DNA of 64,000 nucleotides from Candidatus Porifericomitales bacterium (GTDB taxonomy: Bacteria > Pseudomonadota > Gammaproteobacteria > CBDEFV01), in the NCBI GenBank assembly GCA_965237735.1, contig CBDEFV010000007.1, positions 399,305 to 463,304 of the forward strand, given 5' to 3'. Made by a program: the position numbers and the translations under genes. Of this stretch, positions 1-12,200 are shown piece by piece. How positions within the stretch are numbered: the stretch's first letter is position 1; each line of letters starts with the position of its first letter. The notes under the pieces are model-generated. The model saw only the letters and a list, made by a program, of their open reading frames with translations. It made no database searches and had not been told where the DNA came from.

Positions 1-393
1 TGCGCCGACAACGACTTCGGCCGCCAGGCCGTTGTCGGCAAAAAACTGTCGCGCCCCCTCCTCGACCAGCTCGACGCCAATGACTCTGTAGCCCTGTCGA
101 TGGAACCACAGCAGATCGAGGCTCTTGCCGCAGAGGGGAACCAGCACCGCCTGCCCCGCCTCCGGGGGGCCGAGCAGGGGCCAGACGTCGTCGAGCCGCG
201 GGTGGGTGAAGTCGAGATGAAAGCCGATGCGGCCTTCATGCCAGCGATCGGCCCAGAACCTTTTTTCGAGTGCGGCCGGGCCGCCCTCCCCGTCAGCCAC
301 CTGCAGCCGTTGCTTGGCCGAAACCGCTGTGGAAGTGGTCAGATCTCATTGCCCTGGACGCCTTCAACAACAGTCGATTTGCCGTTGCGGTAA
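1..393 (+). CDS. partial ORF of unknown function (5' end outside window); convergently overlaps leuA 3' end
   Basis: Frame 1 is open from base 1 to a stop at 391-393. No recognisable motifs. In a GC-rich genome this may be spurious. Confidence 0.2.
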   Translation, partial: CADNDFGRQAVVGKKLSRPLLDQLDANDSVALSMEPQQIEALAAEGNQHRLPRLRGAEQGPDVVEPRVGEVEMKADAAFMPAIGPEPFFECGRAALPVSHLQPLLGRNRCGSGQISLPWTPSTTVDLPLR

Positions 394-1895
394 AGGTGGT
401 TGAGGGCGTTGATATAGGACTTGGCTGAAGCAAAAACAATGTCGGTGTCGGTGCCGTGGCCATTGGCGACCCTCGTGCCCAGACTCAGGCGGGTGGTGAC
501 ATCGCCCTGGGCATCGGAGCCGCTGGTGATGGCGTTGACCGCGTAGTACTCCAGTTCGACACCGCTTCCGACGACCTTTTCAATGGCGGCAAAGACGGCG
601 TCGACGATGCCATTGCCCCCGCTGGTGCCCGTGCTGGTCTTGCCGTTGGCCGACAGGGTCACGGAGCTGAAGGGCGTCTTGCCGAACTCATTGCTGATCT
701 GCACATTAAGCAACTGGAAGGTATCGTCCCCCTCAGTGTCATCGTGCAGTTGCGTGATCAGCGCCTGCAGGTCCTCGTCAAAGATTTCATGCTTGCGGTC
801 GGCCAGCTCCTTGAAACGGGCAAAGGCCTCATTGAGTTCTTCCTGATCGGCAAACTCGAAGCCCAGATCCTTGAGGCGCGCTTTAAAAGCGGCCCGGCCT
901 GAGTGCTTTCCAAGGACCAGGTGGTTGCGGTGCCAGCCGACATCGGCAGCCTCCATGATCTCGTAGGTCTGGCGGTCCCTGAGTACTCCGGCCTGGTGAA
1001 TGCCGGCCTCATGGGCAAAGGCGTTGGCCCCGACGATGGCCTTGTTCGGCTGGACGGCAAAACCCGTGATGTTCGACACCAGCTTCGAAGTCGGCACCAG
1101 ATGCGGGGTTTCGATGGCGCTGTCGCAGGGAAAGTAGTCGCGGCGTGTGCGCACCGCCATGACAATCTCCTCGAGCGAGGCATTGCCGGCCCGCTCGCCG
1201 ATGCCGTTGATGGTGCACTCAACCTGCCGCGCCCCGGCCAGAACCGCGGCCAAGGAGTTGGCGACGGCGAGGCCGAGATCGTCGTGACAGTGCACCGAGA
1301 CGACGGCCCTGTCGATGTTGGGCACCCGCTCAAACAGCTGGCGCACCAACCCGGAGAACTGTTGCGGCACCGTGTAGCCAACGGTATCCGGCACATTGAT
1401 GGTGCCGGCGCCGGCGGCGATGGCGCGCTCAAAAACGCGGCAGAGAAAATCGGAGTCGGAGCGGCCGGCATCTTCGGCGGAAAACTCGACATCGTCGGTG
1501 TAGTTGCGGGCCCGCTTGACCGAACTTTCGACGCTTGCCAGCACCTCGTCCGGCGTCATGCGCAATTTCTTTTCCATGTGCAGCGCCGAGGTGGCGATGA
1601 AGGTGTGGATGCGCTTCCGCGCCGCCGGCTTCAAGGCCTCGGCCGAAGCGTCGATATCCTGGGGATTGGCCCGCGAAAGGGCGCAGACCGTGCTCTCCCT
1701 GATCTGCCCGGCAACGGCGGCAACGGCGGCGGCATCGCCGGGGCTGGCCGCGGGAAAGCCCGCCTCGATCACATCGACACGCATCAACTCGAGGGCGCGG
1801 GCGATGCGGAGCTTTTCCGCCTGAGTCATGGAGGCGCCTGGACTCTGCTCCCCGTCGCGCAAAGTGGTGTCAAAAATAATCAGCTTGGTGTTCAT
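339..1895 (-). CDS. leuA: 2-isopropylmalate synthase
   Basis: 518-aa product with hallmark LeuA sequence: MNTKLIIFDTTLRDGEQSPG, HCHDDLGLAVANSL, and a C-terminal LeuA dimerisation/regulatory domain. RBS GAGGAG sits 7 nt upstream of the ATG at 1895. The track ORF extends to 1910 through a TTG. Confidence 0.95.
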   Translation of the reverse strand: MNTKLIIFDTTLRDGEQSPGASMTQAEKLRIARALELMRVDVIEAGFPAASPGDAAAVAAVAGQIRESTVCALSRANPQDIDASAEALKPAARKRIHTFIATSALHMEKKLRMTPDEVLASVESSVKRARNYTDDVEFSAEDAGRSDSDFLCRVFERAIAAGAGTINVPDTVGYTVPQQFSGLVRQLFERVPNIDRAVVSVHCHDDLGLAVANSLAAVLAGARQVECTINGIGERAGNASLEEIVMAVRTRRDYFPCDSAIETPHLVPTSKLVSNITGFAVQPNKAIVGANAFAHEAGIHQAGVLRDRQTYEIMEAADVGWHRNHLVLGKHSGRAAFKARLKDLGFEFADQEELNEAFARFKELADRKHEIFDEDLQALITQLHDDTEGDDTFQLLNVQISNEFGKTPFSSVTLSANGKTSTGTSGGNGIVDAVFAAIEKVVGSGVELEYYAVNAITSGSDAQGDVTTRLSLGTRVANGHGTDTDIVFASAKSYINALNHLYRNGKSTVVEGVQGNEI

Positions 1896-2802
1896 TGAAG
1901 TGCTCCTCAATAGTAGCTCCCCGAAGGTTCCCGCCTCCGGTGGGCCGGTTGGTTGTCAAGTTTTTTGGTCTGTTGCGTATTCCCTCGCCAGGGCTTTATA
2001 TTCTCCCGCCTACGGCAGGAGGAGGAGCTCAGCCAGAAGGTTTCCGCCCGCGGAAAGCGGCAGTGCCAAGGTTTGGAGGAGCCGGCCTGCGGACCGTTCA
2101 GTTCTGTATGTGGTCAGGTTGAACATGTCCCTATCATAGCAGTTCATGCGCCTCTGTCAAGCAAAAAAGCAAAATAAAAGGGCAAAAACTGCACCAACGC
2201 GGCCATAACGGCCGACAACAGCCCCTGGTGGGAGGGGCGGGAAGAGGGCGAACCGGCCCCCGACTTGCAGGGCCGCCTCTGCGACAGCGACGCCGGTCAG
2301 CCGGCAGCCCATCTCAACTCACGCTTTACGGTCTCAATCGACCGCTGCCCGATCTGCCCGCCCGCCGGCATTCGACGAGCCCAGGGGCGTGCCGACCCCG
2401 GCCATCGTCTTCGGCGGCCGCCGCGCCTCCCGGGTGGCCTCTTGGTGCGCGAAGTCGAAGACTCTCGGCCAGGGCGTGCTCACAGGCGCCTCCATGGCCT
2501 CTGAAATTACGCCGCCGGCGAAGTCGGAGCAACGAATAGCTGGACAGCCAAACGGCGGCCATGGCCGCCAGCCGGCTCTCTCCCCCTTATAAGCCCCTCC
2601 ACGACCTCGAAACAGGGCACGGGAAAAGCAAAGGGCCTGAGGGGGCGGCCAGGGGGACACTGCCCTTGGATTCTCTCTCCGCTTCGCGGCGGCCCTTGGT
2701 CCCTGCCAGCCTGGCAGTGGCGGCGTTTCCCTGCTGAGAACTGCTCCGCCCCCGAGGGCGACTGTTCGCCCTGAGTCGGGCGAGCACCGGGCATGGGCGC
2801 CG

Positions 2803-2838
2803 GCCGATGCCGTTGATGGTGCACTCAACCTGCCGCGC
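2803..2838. repeat. 36-nt fragment identical to internal leuA sequence (window 1198-1236), abutting the left inverted repeat
   Basis: gccgatgccgttgatggtgcactcaacctgccgcgcc occurs both inside leuA and at 2803-2838. The inverted repeat begins exactly at the shared cctgccgcgccc. Confidence 0.7.
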
Positions 2839-2867
2839 CCTCGCCCTGACCGCTTCTTGAATTTGCG

Positions 2868-2898
2868 TCGCCGGCGCTCCCTGTGCTATAATTGACGG
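2868..2898 (+). promoter_or_regulatory. sigma70-like promoter inside IR-L (TTGCGT -35, 18-bp spacer, TATAAT -10)
   Basis: The -10 hexamer is a perfect TATAAT at 2893-2898 with an acceptable -35 upstream. A mirrored copy lies in IR-R. This would give a ~350-470-nt GC-rich leader before the signal-peptide codons. Confidence 0.4.
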
Positions 2899-3185
2899 CA
2901 AGGCAGGTTCCGCCTCTCTCCCGGTGTCAGCGTTTTGCGGCCGGGGAGCGCTTCTGCAGGCGGCGGGGCCTCTTTCAAGCTCTATCATTCAGCCACGATC
3001 GGGGAGTTTTCCAGATGTTCAGCAGCACCAGGACGAGCGGCAGCGCAACCGGGCAAGCCGGGCCATCGGCCGCTTCAGCGGCGGCGAGAAGGCGCGGGGG
3101 GCCTGCTGTCTGCGTTGATTGCAACCCTGGGGCCGTCTCTGCGGCCACTGCCGGTCGGCCGCCGCCGCATCGCGCCCTCCTTAAG

Positions 3186-3207
3186 GGGGGGGGGGGGGGG
3201 GGGGGCT
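3186..3207 (+). repeat. 22-nt homopolymeric G tract in the leader of giant gene A (candidate slipped-strand phase-variation site)
   Basis: g x22 at 3186-3207. The equivalent position in IR-R, upstream of gene B, has only 6-7 C/G. Confidence 0.9.
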
Positions 3208-3253
3208 TGCTTCGCAGGCCCTCTGTTCACCCGGCGCCGGCGGGATTCTGCAG

Positions 3254-6200
3254 ATGGGCGGCCCAGCAGCGGTTAGCGCTGCCGCCCGGTTTGAGCGGGC
3301 CGGGCGGGTCGGGCAGTCGCGGCCATCGGCGGCAACCGCAGCATGCAGGGATCTGCCATCTGCGGCCTTGGGGCCGCCGCTGGCAGCCCCGCTGACGAGC
3401 CCGCTGACGACGCTGACGACCTGGTCCCGGCGAATCGCCGCCGCCGCCGTTCTGCTGGCCGCCGCCCTCATCACCGTCCTCCCCGCCTCGGCCCAGGAGC
3501 AACAGCCGCCGACCCTCACCCTCAGGGTGCTGCCCCCCGAGACGATTTCAGTGAACGAAGGAGATACAGCTTCGGGGGCGGTGTGCTTCGAGGTCGTGGG
3601 TCAACCACCCGAGGAGATTGTATTCCCGTTCGATATAGTTCTTTTCCTGGAATCGAAAGTTTTCAGTCCAACTGAGCATGAACCAGGAGGCCTCGGCAGC
3701 GCCCGCGAAAACATCGATTATGTAGCTGTGATAGGGCCTGTGAGGATTCGATGGCCGGCACCAGGGGCGAGCTTTTGTCGAATCTTTCCGATACAAACAA
3801 TTGAGGACCAAGAAGTAGAACCTGATGAGAGGTTCAGAATTCTAATAGAGTTGCTACACGGTCCCTCCGGGGTGCCGGTAATCTTACTTGGCCACGTCAT
3901 CACCTACATCATCCTCGACGACGACGGGCCCGTCGTATTTGCTATCCAGGACGTCGAAAGCGGCGTGTTTGACGACACCATAGTTCCCCCCTTTGAGGAG
4001 GGCGACGAGGAGGATGCTGGATTCAGGGAGATCTGCGCCCTGGTTACGAGCCACTCCAGAGGATTCCCGCGGGAAGCAGGGGTGACGCTTTCTCTCAGTA
4101 TGTCGGATGGCAGCGCCGTCTCGCCCCAGGATTACAGCTTATCAGGGAGCAGTGAGCGGCCGCTGTTTTTTCAGCAGGGCGACCGATGGGTTTGCACTCG
4201 CTTCGCACTGGATGTGGTGGATGACGAAATCTATGAAGGGGACGAGGATCTGCTCATCTCCCTGAGTTTGGAGGCGGGGTCGCCGGCGGACCTGAGGGTG
4301 TCGACTCCCAAGGCCCGCCTGAGGATCCTCGACAACGAGGAACCACCCGGCATCGATCTGTTCGACACGGCTGCAGCCGAGCGGACAGTGGATCGGTTGA
4401 CCGTGAGTGAAGGGAGTAACATCACCTATTATGTGGCGCTGAATTCACCGCCGAGCGAAAATGTGAATCTCCAGATCTTTATCGATGACCCGGTCGGCGA
4501 CGGCAGCACTGCCGTTAACAATCGATCTCAGCTACTGGGAGCGCCCCTGACGTTCACGCCGGCCGACTGGCAGAGCACGCAGGGGGTTCCTGTCATCCTG
4601 AATCATAACAACTATTTTGGCCCGAACCGGGAAGTGGTTATCCGCTACGATGCCGTCTCGGGCGCACCGGATTACGGTGCGGCGACCCTGACGCTGACGG
4701 TTCGCGACACTGACAGGGTTCCCGCTGTGGACATAGAGTTTACTTTCACGGATGATGGGCAGACGGTCACTGCGGATGATATTGATCACGATCGTTTTAC
4801 TGAGGGCCGTGCCCCGATCAGCCTGACGATCAAGGTCTTTGCAAGGAGAATGCGCGACAGGGCGGGGGCATTTTCCGAACCTTTCGATTTGACGATGGAA
4901 TTCCGGCCGGTGGTCTGGAATGAGAGGCAGGCCGCTGATTATTTGCTCGATTACAGGGTGGCGCCGCAGGAATTCATGCTGACCCTTCCGGCATTCGGGA
5001 GCGAGGTAAGCACAGTTGTAGACCTGTTTCTGATTGACGATGACATTGCGGAGCCGGACGAGAGTTTTCAAATCAGAGGCTACAAAAGCATGGAGGAGCG
5101 TTTTTTTCCCAGTCTTCATCGCCTGGCTAACCCGGAGGCCAGCGTGGCAATCAAAAGCGACGACCGACGGGGTCTTCTCGTCTCGGCGACGTCAATCCGC
5201 TCCCGTGAAGGAGAGGTCGGCGACTTCACGGTCAGACTGCTTTCGCAGCCGCCGGCCGGCGAGTCGGTGCGTGTGGACGTGAATCTCGACGATGTCCCCG
5301 GTCTCAGCTACCTGGAAGTTGACGGCGTTTCCCATCAGCTTTCCGGCGACTTGAGGCTGATCTTCACGGAGAACGGCTGGAACCGTCCCAGGAGAGTGAT
5401 CTTCAGTGCAGACAACGAGCTTTTCGGCCCGAACCCGGAGGTGACCATCGCGCTCATTCCCGGGGGGGCCGGTTACAACGAGAGTCACAAGGCTGAACTG
5501 ACGATAATCCTTGAGGATGAGGATCCTTTTCCCAAGGTGGGGGCTCTGTCCCTTGCCTTGCTGAGTGCTCCAGAAAATTTCTTCCCGACGATAGAAAGTC
5601 AAGAGTCGGTCGGGACGGTGGCATACAAAATCGTGGCCATGCTGGACAGACCGAGCTCTGAGGATATCGAGTTGTCCCTGTCCTTCGAGGGGTCTGCCGA
5701 TGAAGACGACTACAGGGTGGAACCAGCGGCCCCCAGCCTGACCGTTCCGGCATTTGAGCGGGTTGGAAGCACAACCATCAGGGTGACCTTTACGGACGAC
5801 GACATCGCTGAAGGCGTGGAACGGATTGACATCAGAATCAGCGAGGTTCCGGGGAACACTCTAGATCCTTCGCTTTCGGACATAATAAATTCCATCTTCA
5901 TCGCCGACGCGCTCGAGGACATGCGAGGCGTCGAGGTGTCGCCGCAGCAGCTGATCGTGGTGGAGGGCGGCGAAGCGGCCACCTACACCCTCGAGTTGAC
6001 TTCGCAGCCGAGCGGCCCCCTGACGGTGACGCTGACTCTGCAGAGCGGCGGCGACGGCGGTGAGGCGTCTGCTGTTCTTCCCGCCGTCCTGATCGAGCCG
6101 ATGGAGTTGAGTTTCGAGCGCCCGAACGATGCGCCCTGGTCTGAGCCCCGGGAGATCCGTGTTTCCGTGGCGGACAACGGGGTCGAAGAGGATCCGAGGC

Positions 6201-9200
6201 AGGCGACCATCGTCCACGGCTTAACAGGTTCGGACTACCAGAGCAACGGGGTGCCGGTGCCCGATGTCCTGCTGAGGGTGGTGGAGCGCGGCCTCGTCCT
6301 GACGGAGACAGCTGCAGTAAACGAAGGCGAAGAGTACCGCTACGAAGTGGCGCTGAGGTCGCCGCCAGCCGGCGCCGTCGAGGTGGCGGTGCTGGTCAGT
6401 CAGGGCCGGGCCCTGAGGAGCCTGGAGACCGATAATGGCCGGTTTGAGATCGCGGATCGGGACTCGGTGGAGGTGCCGGGGGTGCTGAGCTTCACGCCTG
6501 AAAACTGGCATCGCACCCAGTCGGTGATCGTCCGTACGACAGACAACGACTATTCATCGCCGGATGGCCTGGAACAGGTGCTCATCACGCACATCGCCTT
6601 GGGCGCGGATTACGGCGGAGAGAAGGCGACCCTGACCCTGACGGTGCTGGACAACTATGAGCCCGCCCGCAGCATCACCCTGAGCCTGAGGCCATCGCAG
6701 CTGAGCGAGGCGGCCGGCCGGGTGGTGGTGACCGTAACGGCGGGCATCGACAGGCCGCGCCAGCAGGATACGATGGTGCAGCTTCGTGTTGTCGCCGAAC
6801 CCGTTGACGATGACCCCGCCACCGGGGGGTACGCAACGGCTGGACGGAATTCTGACTATGCGGTGGACAGCGCCTCATTCTTCTTGGTCATAGAGGCCTA
6901 TGACAGCGGTGGAAGTGGAAACTTCACCCTGCTTCTGATCGACGACGACATCGATGAGAACGGTGGCGAGGTCTTTCTCGTCGCTGCCGTTGCTGATCTT
7001 GACAATGTGCGCGCGCATGGCACGGCGACCTTGACCATCATCGACGACGACGAGCGCGGCCTCCGGATCTCGAGGGAGCGGCTGTTCCTGGTCGAGGGCG
7101 GCGAGGCCGAGGTCTATTCTGTCCGCCTGACTTCGCAGCCGACGGCGCTGGTGGGGGTGTTCATCCAAGTCGACTACGGCGCCGCCATGGAGGGCATGGC
7201 CATGGATGGCATGGCCGACAGCGTCCTTTTGAACGGCATTCCAGAGCTGCTGCTGACCTTTGGAGTCAGCGGCGAGAACGCTTGGGATCAGGAGCAGGAG
7301 GTCAGGGTCACCCTGGAGGAGAACACCGACAGCAACGAAAACAGGGAGGCGATTCTCCGCCACAGTGCCGAGGGCGGCGATTACCAGGGTTTGCCAGGGG
7401 CTGCCGTCGCCCTGAGGCTCGCTGACCGTGGCATTCGCATCTCGCCGACAGAGCTGTCGGTTTTGGAAGGAGGGACCGCCGAATACAGTCTGGTGCTGCT
7501 TTCGGCGCCGACCGCATCGGTGCAGGTGCAGCTGAGCCTCAGCGACGCCGATGCCATCGATCATTTGGAAATCGGCGGGCAGCGGACGGCTGTGGCCTCT
7601 GATCCTCTGCCGTCGCTGACATTCACGACGGACAACTGGGATACTCCGCAGACGGTGAGGGTCCAGGCGCAGGACAACCCCTATTCGGGGGAGAATGAGC
7701 CCGTGACGATCAGCCACAGCGCGAGCAGCGACGATGAAGGCTACGCCGGACTGGCCATCGATGCTGTGGAGCTGACCATCGACAACGAGGATCTGGAGTC
7801 CGACATGCTCCTGCTGGAGGTGCGCCTTGGTGATTCGGGCGACTTCGGTCCTTTTGTCCAGTTTAATGAAGAGAGACCCTTGGGCGGCGCCCTCGTCGAC
7901 AATGTTGTGGATGTGCAGCTGAGGGCCCACCTGAACGAGGCGCCCTTCAGGGACGACCGGGTTCTGCTGCTGTCCGTTGACGAGGAACTGAGCCTCGCAA
8001 CGCTCGGCCGGGACTTCTCGGCCACTCTCACAGCCACCCCTGACGATCCTGAGGGAACAGGGATTGGCCAGGGGTGGATCGCTCCGGGGGCAGCTGCCCT
8101 CAGGCTGACGCTGCCGAAAGAGAGGACGACAATCACGGTGGGACTCGAGTTTCAGGTGAAGGCCGACCGGAGCGACGAAGATGATGGGGAGGATATCCAG
8201 ATAGGCGGCACCCTCGAGGACCTGAGCGCTCGGACGGCGGCTCCTGTCTTTCTGGATATCATCGACAACGATGTCCGCGGCCTTGACATTCGGCCGCAGG
8301 CCCTGACATTGGTGGAGGGGGGCGAGACCCGGACCTACGAGGTGCGCCTGACTTCGGAGCCGGACCCGGACCCGAACCGGGACGGGGTCCTGGCGCCTGC
8401 TGAGGGAGAAGTGTCCGTACAGATAAGAATCGCGGGCACTGAGACCCCGCCGGGCGCGGCGCCTGACCGCATCAAACGGGTTCCGAACTCCCTGGTGTTC
8501 GGAGGTGATTCAGGCCCTCAGTGGAATGAATGGCAGACCGTGGACGTCTCGCTGGCAGAGAACGACAGCCGGCATGACACCCGGGAGGCTTTTCTCCGCC
8601 ACAGCACCGAGGGCACGGACTACAGTGCCGCCCCTGCTTCGCAGGTCTCCCTGACGCTGGTGGACCGCCGCATCCTCATCTCGACGGACCGCCTGACAGT
8701 CGTTGAAGGCGGGGCAGCCAGCTACACCGTGACGCTGATCTCGCCGCCGACGGGAGAGGTGACCGTGCGGGTGAGCATCGCCCGGGGCCGTCTGGGCGCG
8801 GACGGCTCCGCTGCCGTCGCCGATGCCGTGCTGGCGGAACGGCCGCTGATCTTCGACGGGGACGACTGGGATCAGCCGCAGGCGGTGACGGTGCGGCTGG
8901 CGGACAACGACTATTCGGGAGAGAATCGGCAGATCAGGATGGAGCATGTCGCCGTCGGCGGCGGCTACGACAGCGCCCAGGCGGCGACGGTGACGCTGAC
9001 CGTCGTCAACGAAGAGGAGGAGGAGACGACGAAGGTCAGGCTGAGCCTGTCGCATGCGGAGTTGCGGGAAGATCAGGGCCCCGTGCCGGTGAGGGTCCGC
9101 GCCACCCTCGATGTGCCGCGCCAGCAGGATACGGTATTGACCCTTGTATTTGACGACATCCCCGAAGATTCTCCGGATGCAGCTGAGCTGGGCCTTGACT

Positions 9201-12200
9201 TTACGAGCGATCGGCAGTTGCCCCGCTTCATCATCCCGGCATTCGGTCGATATGGGGAGCTGGAGCTGACGCTGACTCCGATCAACGACAACATCGACGA
9301 GGGCGACAGCGATCCCCTCTTTTTCAGCGTTTTTACAGAGGGGGGGTTGACGGTGGTGCCGGCCCGCCTCGATATCCTCGACGACGACAGCGCCGGCGTT
9401 ACCGTGACGCCGGCGTCCCGGAGAGTGCGTCCCGGGCAGCCGGTCGGCTACGCTCTGGTGCTGGACACGGTGCCGAACTTCGGGACGGTGACGGTGATTG
9501 CGCGCGTCCGGGCTGCGCCCGGCTCTGAGGCCCGGGCGGAGGATATCGAAGTTCCGGGGCCGCTGAGGTTCAACGATGCGAACTGGGATCGGCCGCAGCA
9601 GCTGCGGCTCGAAGCGGCAGAGGAGGTCGGGGGCTTCGGCGGGCTGATCATTGAATTCGACGCAAGCAGCGAGGATCCGCCCTACAACATCGTTGCCGTC
9701 GCCTCGGCCACCCTCGAGCTGACTGACGTCGACACGAGCCTGCAGAGCCTGGAGCTGAGGCTGAGCCGCGGCGGCGAGCGGCTGCCCCTGAGGCAGCAGC
9801 CCGACGGCGACGTCGGCTTCGCTCCCCGGGTGGCCGATTACGAGGCCGAAATTCCGTCCGGCGCCCGCAGTGCCGTTCTGACGGCGACGCCGACTGTTAC
9901 CCGGGACAATGCCGGGGAGAGTGAACAGAGCCCCGGCGAGGTCTATCTCTTCCTCGACGGCGAGCCCCAGGGGAACGGCGCTGACGTCGCCGGCGACGAG
10001 GTTCGCCTGGACCTGTCGACGGGCGGGGAGCTCTTTGTCTTCGACATCGAGGTTTCGGTGGCGCTGCCGCAGGAAAACGGAGAGACCCCGCCTGCCGTCC
10101 AGAACTACCGCCTGACGCTGAGAAGAGCCCTGCCGGAGGGCGCCGGGCTGCATATCCTGGTCGTTGATGAGGACGGAGGGCGGACGCCGCTGACGGCCGG
10201 GACGCCGCTGCGGTTCGGCCCCGACGAGGAGGGCATGAATCTGATTTTCGTCGTCCGCGCCGGCGGCAACCGCTACCCCATCAGCGAACTCAGGGTCAAC
10301 CACGGCGACGACTTCACTCTCCTCAGCGAAGACGACGGCAACCCGACCCGGGTTGAGGAGGGCCGGCTCGCCCTGTCGCGGGGGGAGGTGGTTGCAGACG
10401 GCAGCTTCGAGACGCCGGTGCGGCTGGTACGCAACGGACCCGCTCTGTCTGAGGACTTCGACTTCCGCCTGAGCTTCAGGGCGACGGCGCAGCGGCCGCG
10501 GGCCGCCGGCGCCGAGGAGCTGAGTGCCGAACTCGCCGGCACCCTGGAGGCGAACAGCGAGACGGAGACGGAGATCCGCGCGAACTACAGCGGCGAGGCT
10601 CAGGGCGAAGAATTGCTGCCGGTCTCGACGACCGTCCGCGTCTCGGCCAACGGGCCGCTGACCCTCGTCTGGAGCCTCGGGCGCTCGGGCGGCGGCGACC
10701 GCTCCTTCAAGCAGTCGGACTTCACTTCCACCCTCAGCGTCGGCGAAACGGCGACCCTGAGGATGGCGCAGGACGACGATGAAGAGCTGCGGCAAGTCCT
10801 CTCACTGGACGGGAGTGAGGGCGAGGTCGAGGTCCGCATAGCGGCGACGCACGGAGGCTCGCTGTCGAAGATCCGGGACCCGGAGCAACTGAGCTTCACC
10901 CTTGTGTTCGAAAGGCCGCGGGCGCTGCTTCGTCCGGTCGTCGATGCCGAGCCGCTGCGGGCCTTCCGCGACCCGCTCTTCGTCTTTGTCGAGGAGGGCG
11001 AGCGGCTGAACCGGCAGAACCGGCGGCACCCGCCGGAGCTGGACCTGCAGTTGCCGCTCGAACTGGTGCTGACAGCGGACAGCACGCCGCTGCAGGGCAG
11101 AGACGGGATTCTCCGCGGCCTCGATCTGAGCCCGACGATGACCATCGGCGGCGAGGCGACGGAGGGACTGAGCCTCGGCGGCGGCTCGGGCCGCGATCTG
11201 CTGTTCGCCGCTGCCGAGCCGAGGAACGGTGTCGCCGTCGCCGTGGGAATCAGAGTGCCGGACCCGCGGGTGCGCGTCGATGAGCTGCGCTTCGACGCCC
11301 ACTTCCTGTCGCTGGATCACCCCCTGGAAGTGCCCTTCGACAGGGTCAGCGGCAACGACTTCAAGGGCGACGAGAGGGTCTTCAGCATCTCCCTGAGGGG
11401 CGAGCAGCCGGCGGCCGAGACCTGGACGCTGAGCGTGGCCAACGTCCTCGAACTCGAGGACAACGGCTACAAGGCGGAGGAGGTCATCCAGGTGCCCGGG
11501 GAGCGGCTGCTGAACATCATCAGAAAGCCTGCCGGCGGCGGCGACAACTATAGCTCTGAGATCGTCTCGGTGCAGGTCTTCGACGACATCGTCCCCGGGA
11601 TTGAACCCGGCGCTCCCACTGAGGAGCTGACCGCCGAACAGCTGTCGGCGACCCTGGCCGTCGACGGGGCGGTGCCGCCCGAAGTGCGGCAGCTGCTCGA
11701 CGCCGAGGGGCCGGCGACCCTGACCCTGATCGTCGGCGTCACCCCGGCCCACGATCGCCCGGCGACCGGGGAGGAGCGGCAGGCGCGCACCCGTACGCGG
11801 ACTCTGAGGATCCGCCGCCTGCGGGCCGACGCCACGGACTCGAGGGTCGCGCTCCGCTTCGCCTACACCCCTCCCCCCGGCTTGGGGCGGGCGGGCGTCT
11901 TCAACCGCATCATCCCGCTGGCGACCGGCATCTCTGCGAGGCTGGAGGCGACGCTCAGCCCGGCGGCCCTGGTGCTGCCGAAGGGCGGGACAGCCGAGGT
12001 GCTGCTGGTGGTCAGCAACCTGCTGCTCGGCGAGGATCCCTGCAGCGTCCTCGTTTTCCGGCACTCCGCCGATCTGCAGGTGGCGCCCCGGGCCTGCGCC
12101 GGGGTGGACCGGACCAACCGCCGCTTCGAGCAGCGGCTCGAGGTGCGGGTGGACCAGGACGCGACCGCTCCCGACTACGTGATTCGGGTCGATGTGAACC

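Larger units (their letters stand above)
2829..3510. repeat. Left arm of large inverted repeat (IR-L): promoter + 5' leader + start/signal-peptide region of giant gene A
   Basis: Near-identical, in reverse complement, to 29225-29906. Small indels and the poly-G length difference are the main exceptions. Paralogous similarity continues patchily further into both genes. Confidence 0.85.

Noticed and set aside
100-393. 97-aa ORF overlapping the leuA 3' end
   Set aside because: Part of a longer open frame entering from the window edge. No motifs, and the 55-nt convergent overlap with leuA is suspicious. Reported only as a low-confidence partial ORF.
2200-2800. 600-bp stretch between the leuA upstream region and the leuA fragment, considered as an sRNA or small gene
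   Set aside because: Only overlapping GC-rich mini-ORFs with no RBS or motif were found. It may be a leuA leader/attenuator or non-coding spacer, but nothing in the sequence could be supported.
2892-3395. MTARQVPPLSRCQRF... ORF present at the head of both inverted repeats as a possible true N-terminus of the giant proteins
   Set aside because: Composition is atypical (Arg/Cys-rich, no signal peptide). In B its ATG lies upstream of the predicted -10 element, and in A it is out of frame with the gene body. More likely untranslated leader; kept only as a possible upstream ORF.
8510-10795. Long ORFs (up to 761-836 aa) antisense to giant genes A/B and to traC, traH and traD, e.g. 8510-10795, 10802-12064, 21660-23393, 40002-42371, 50375-51805
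   Set aside because: Arg/Pro/Gly-dominated low-complexity translations with no motifs, as expected for stop-poor antisense frames in ~67% GC DNA. Each lies fully inside a well-supported gene on the other strand.
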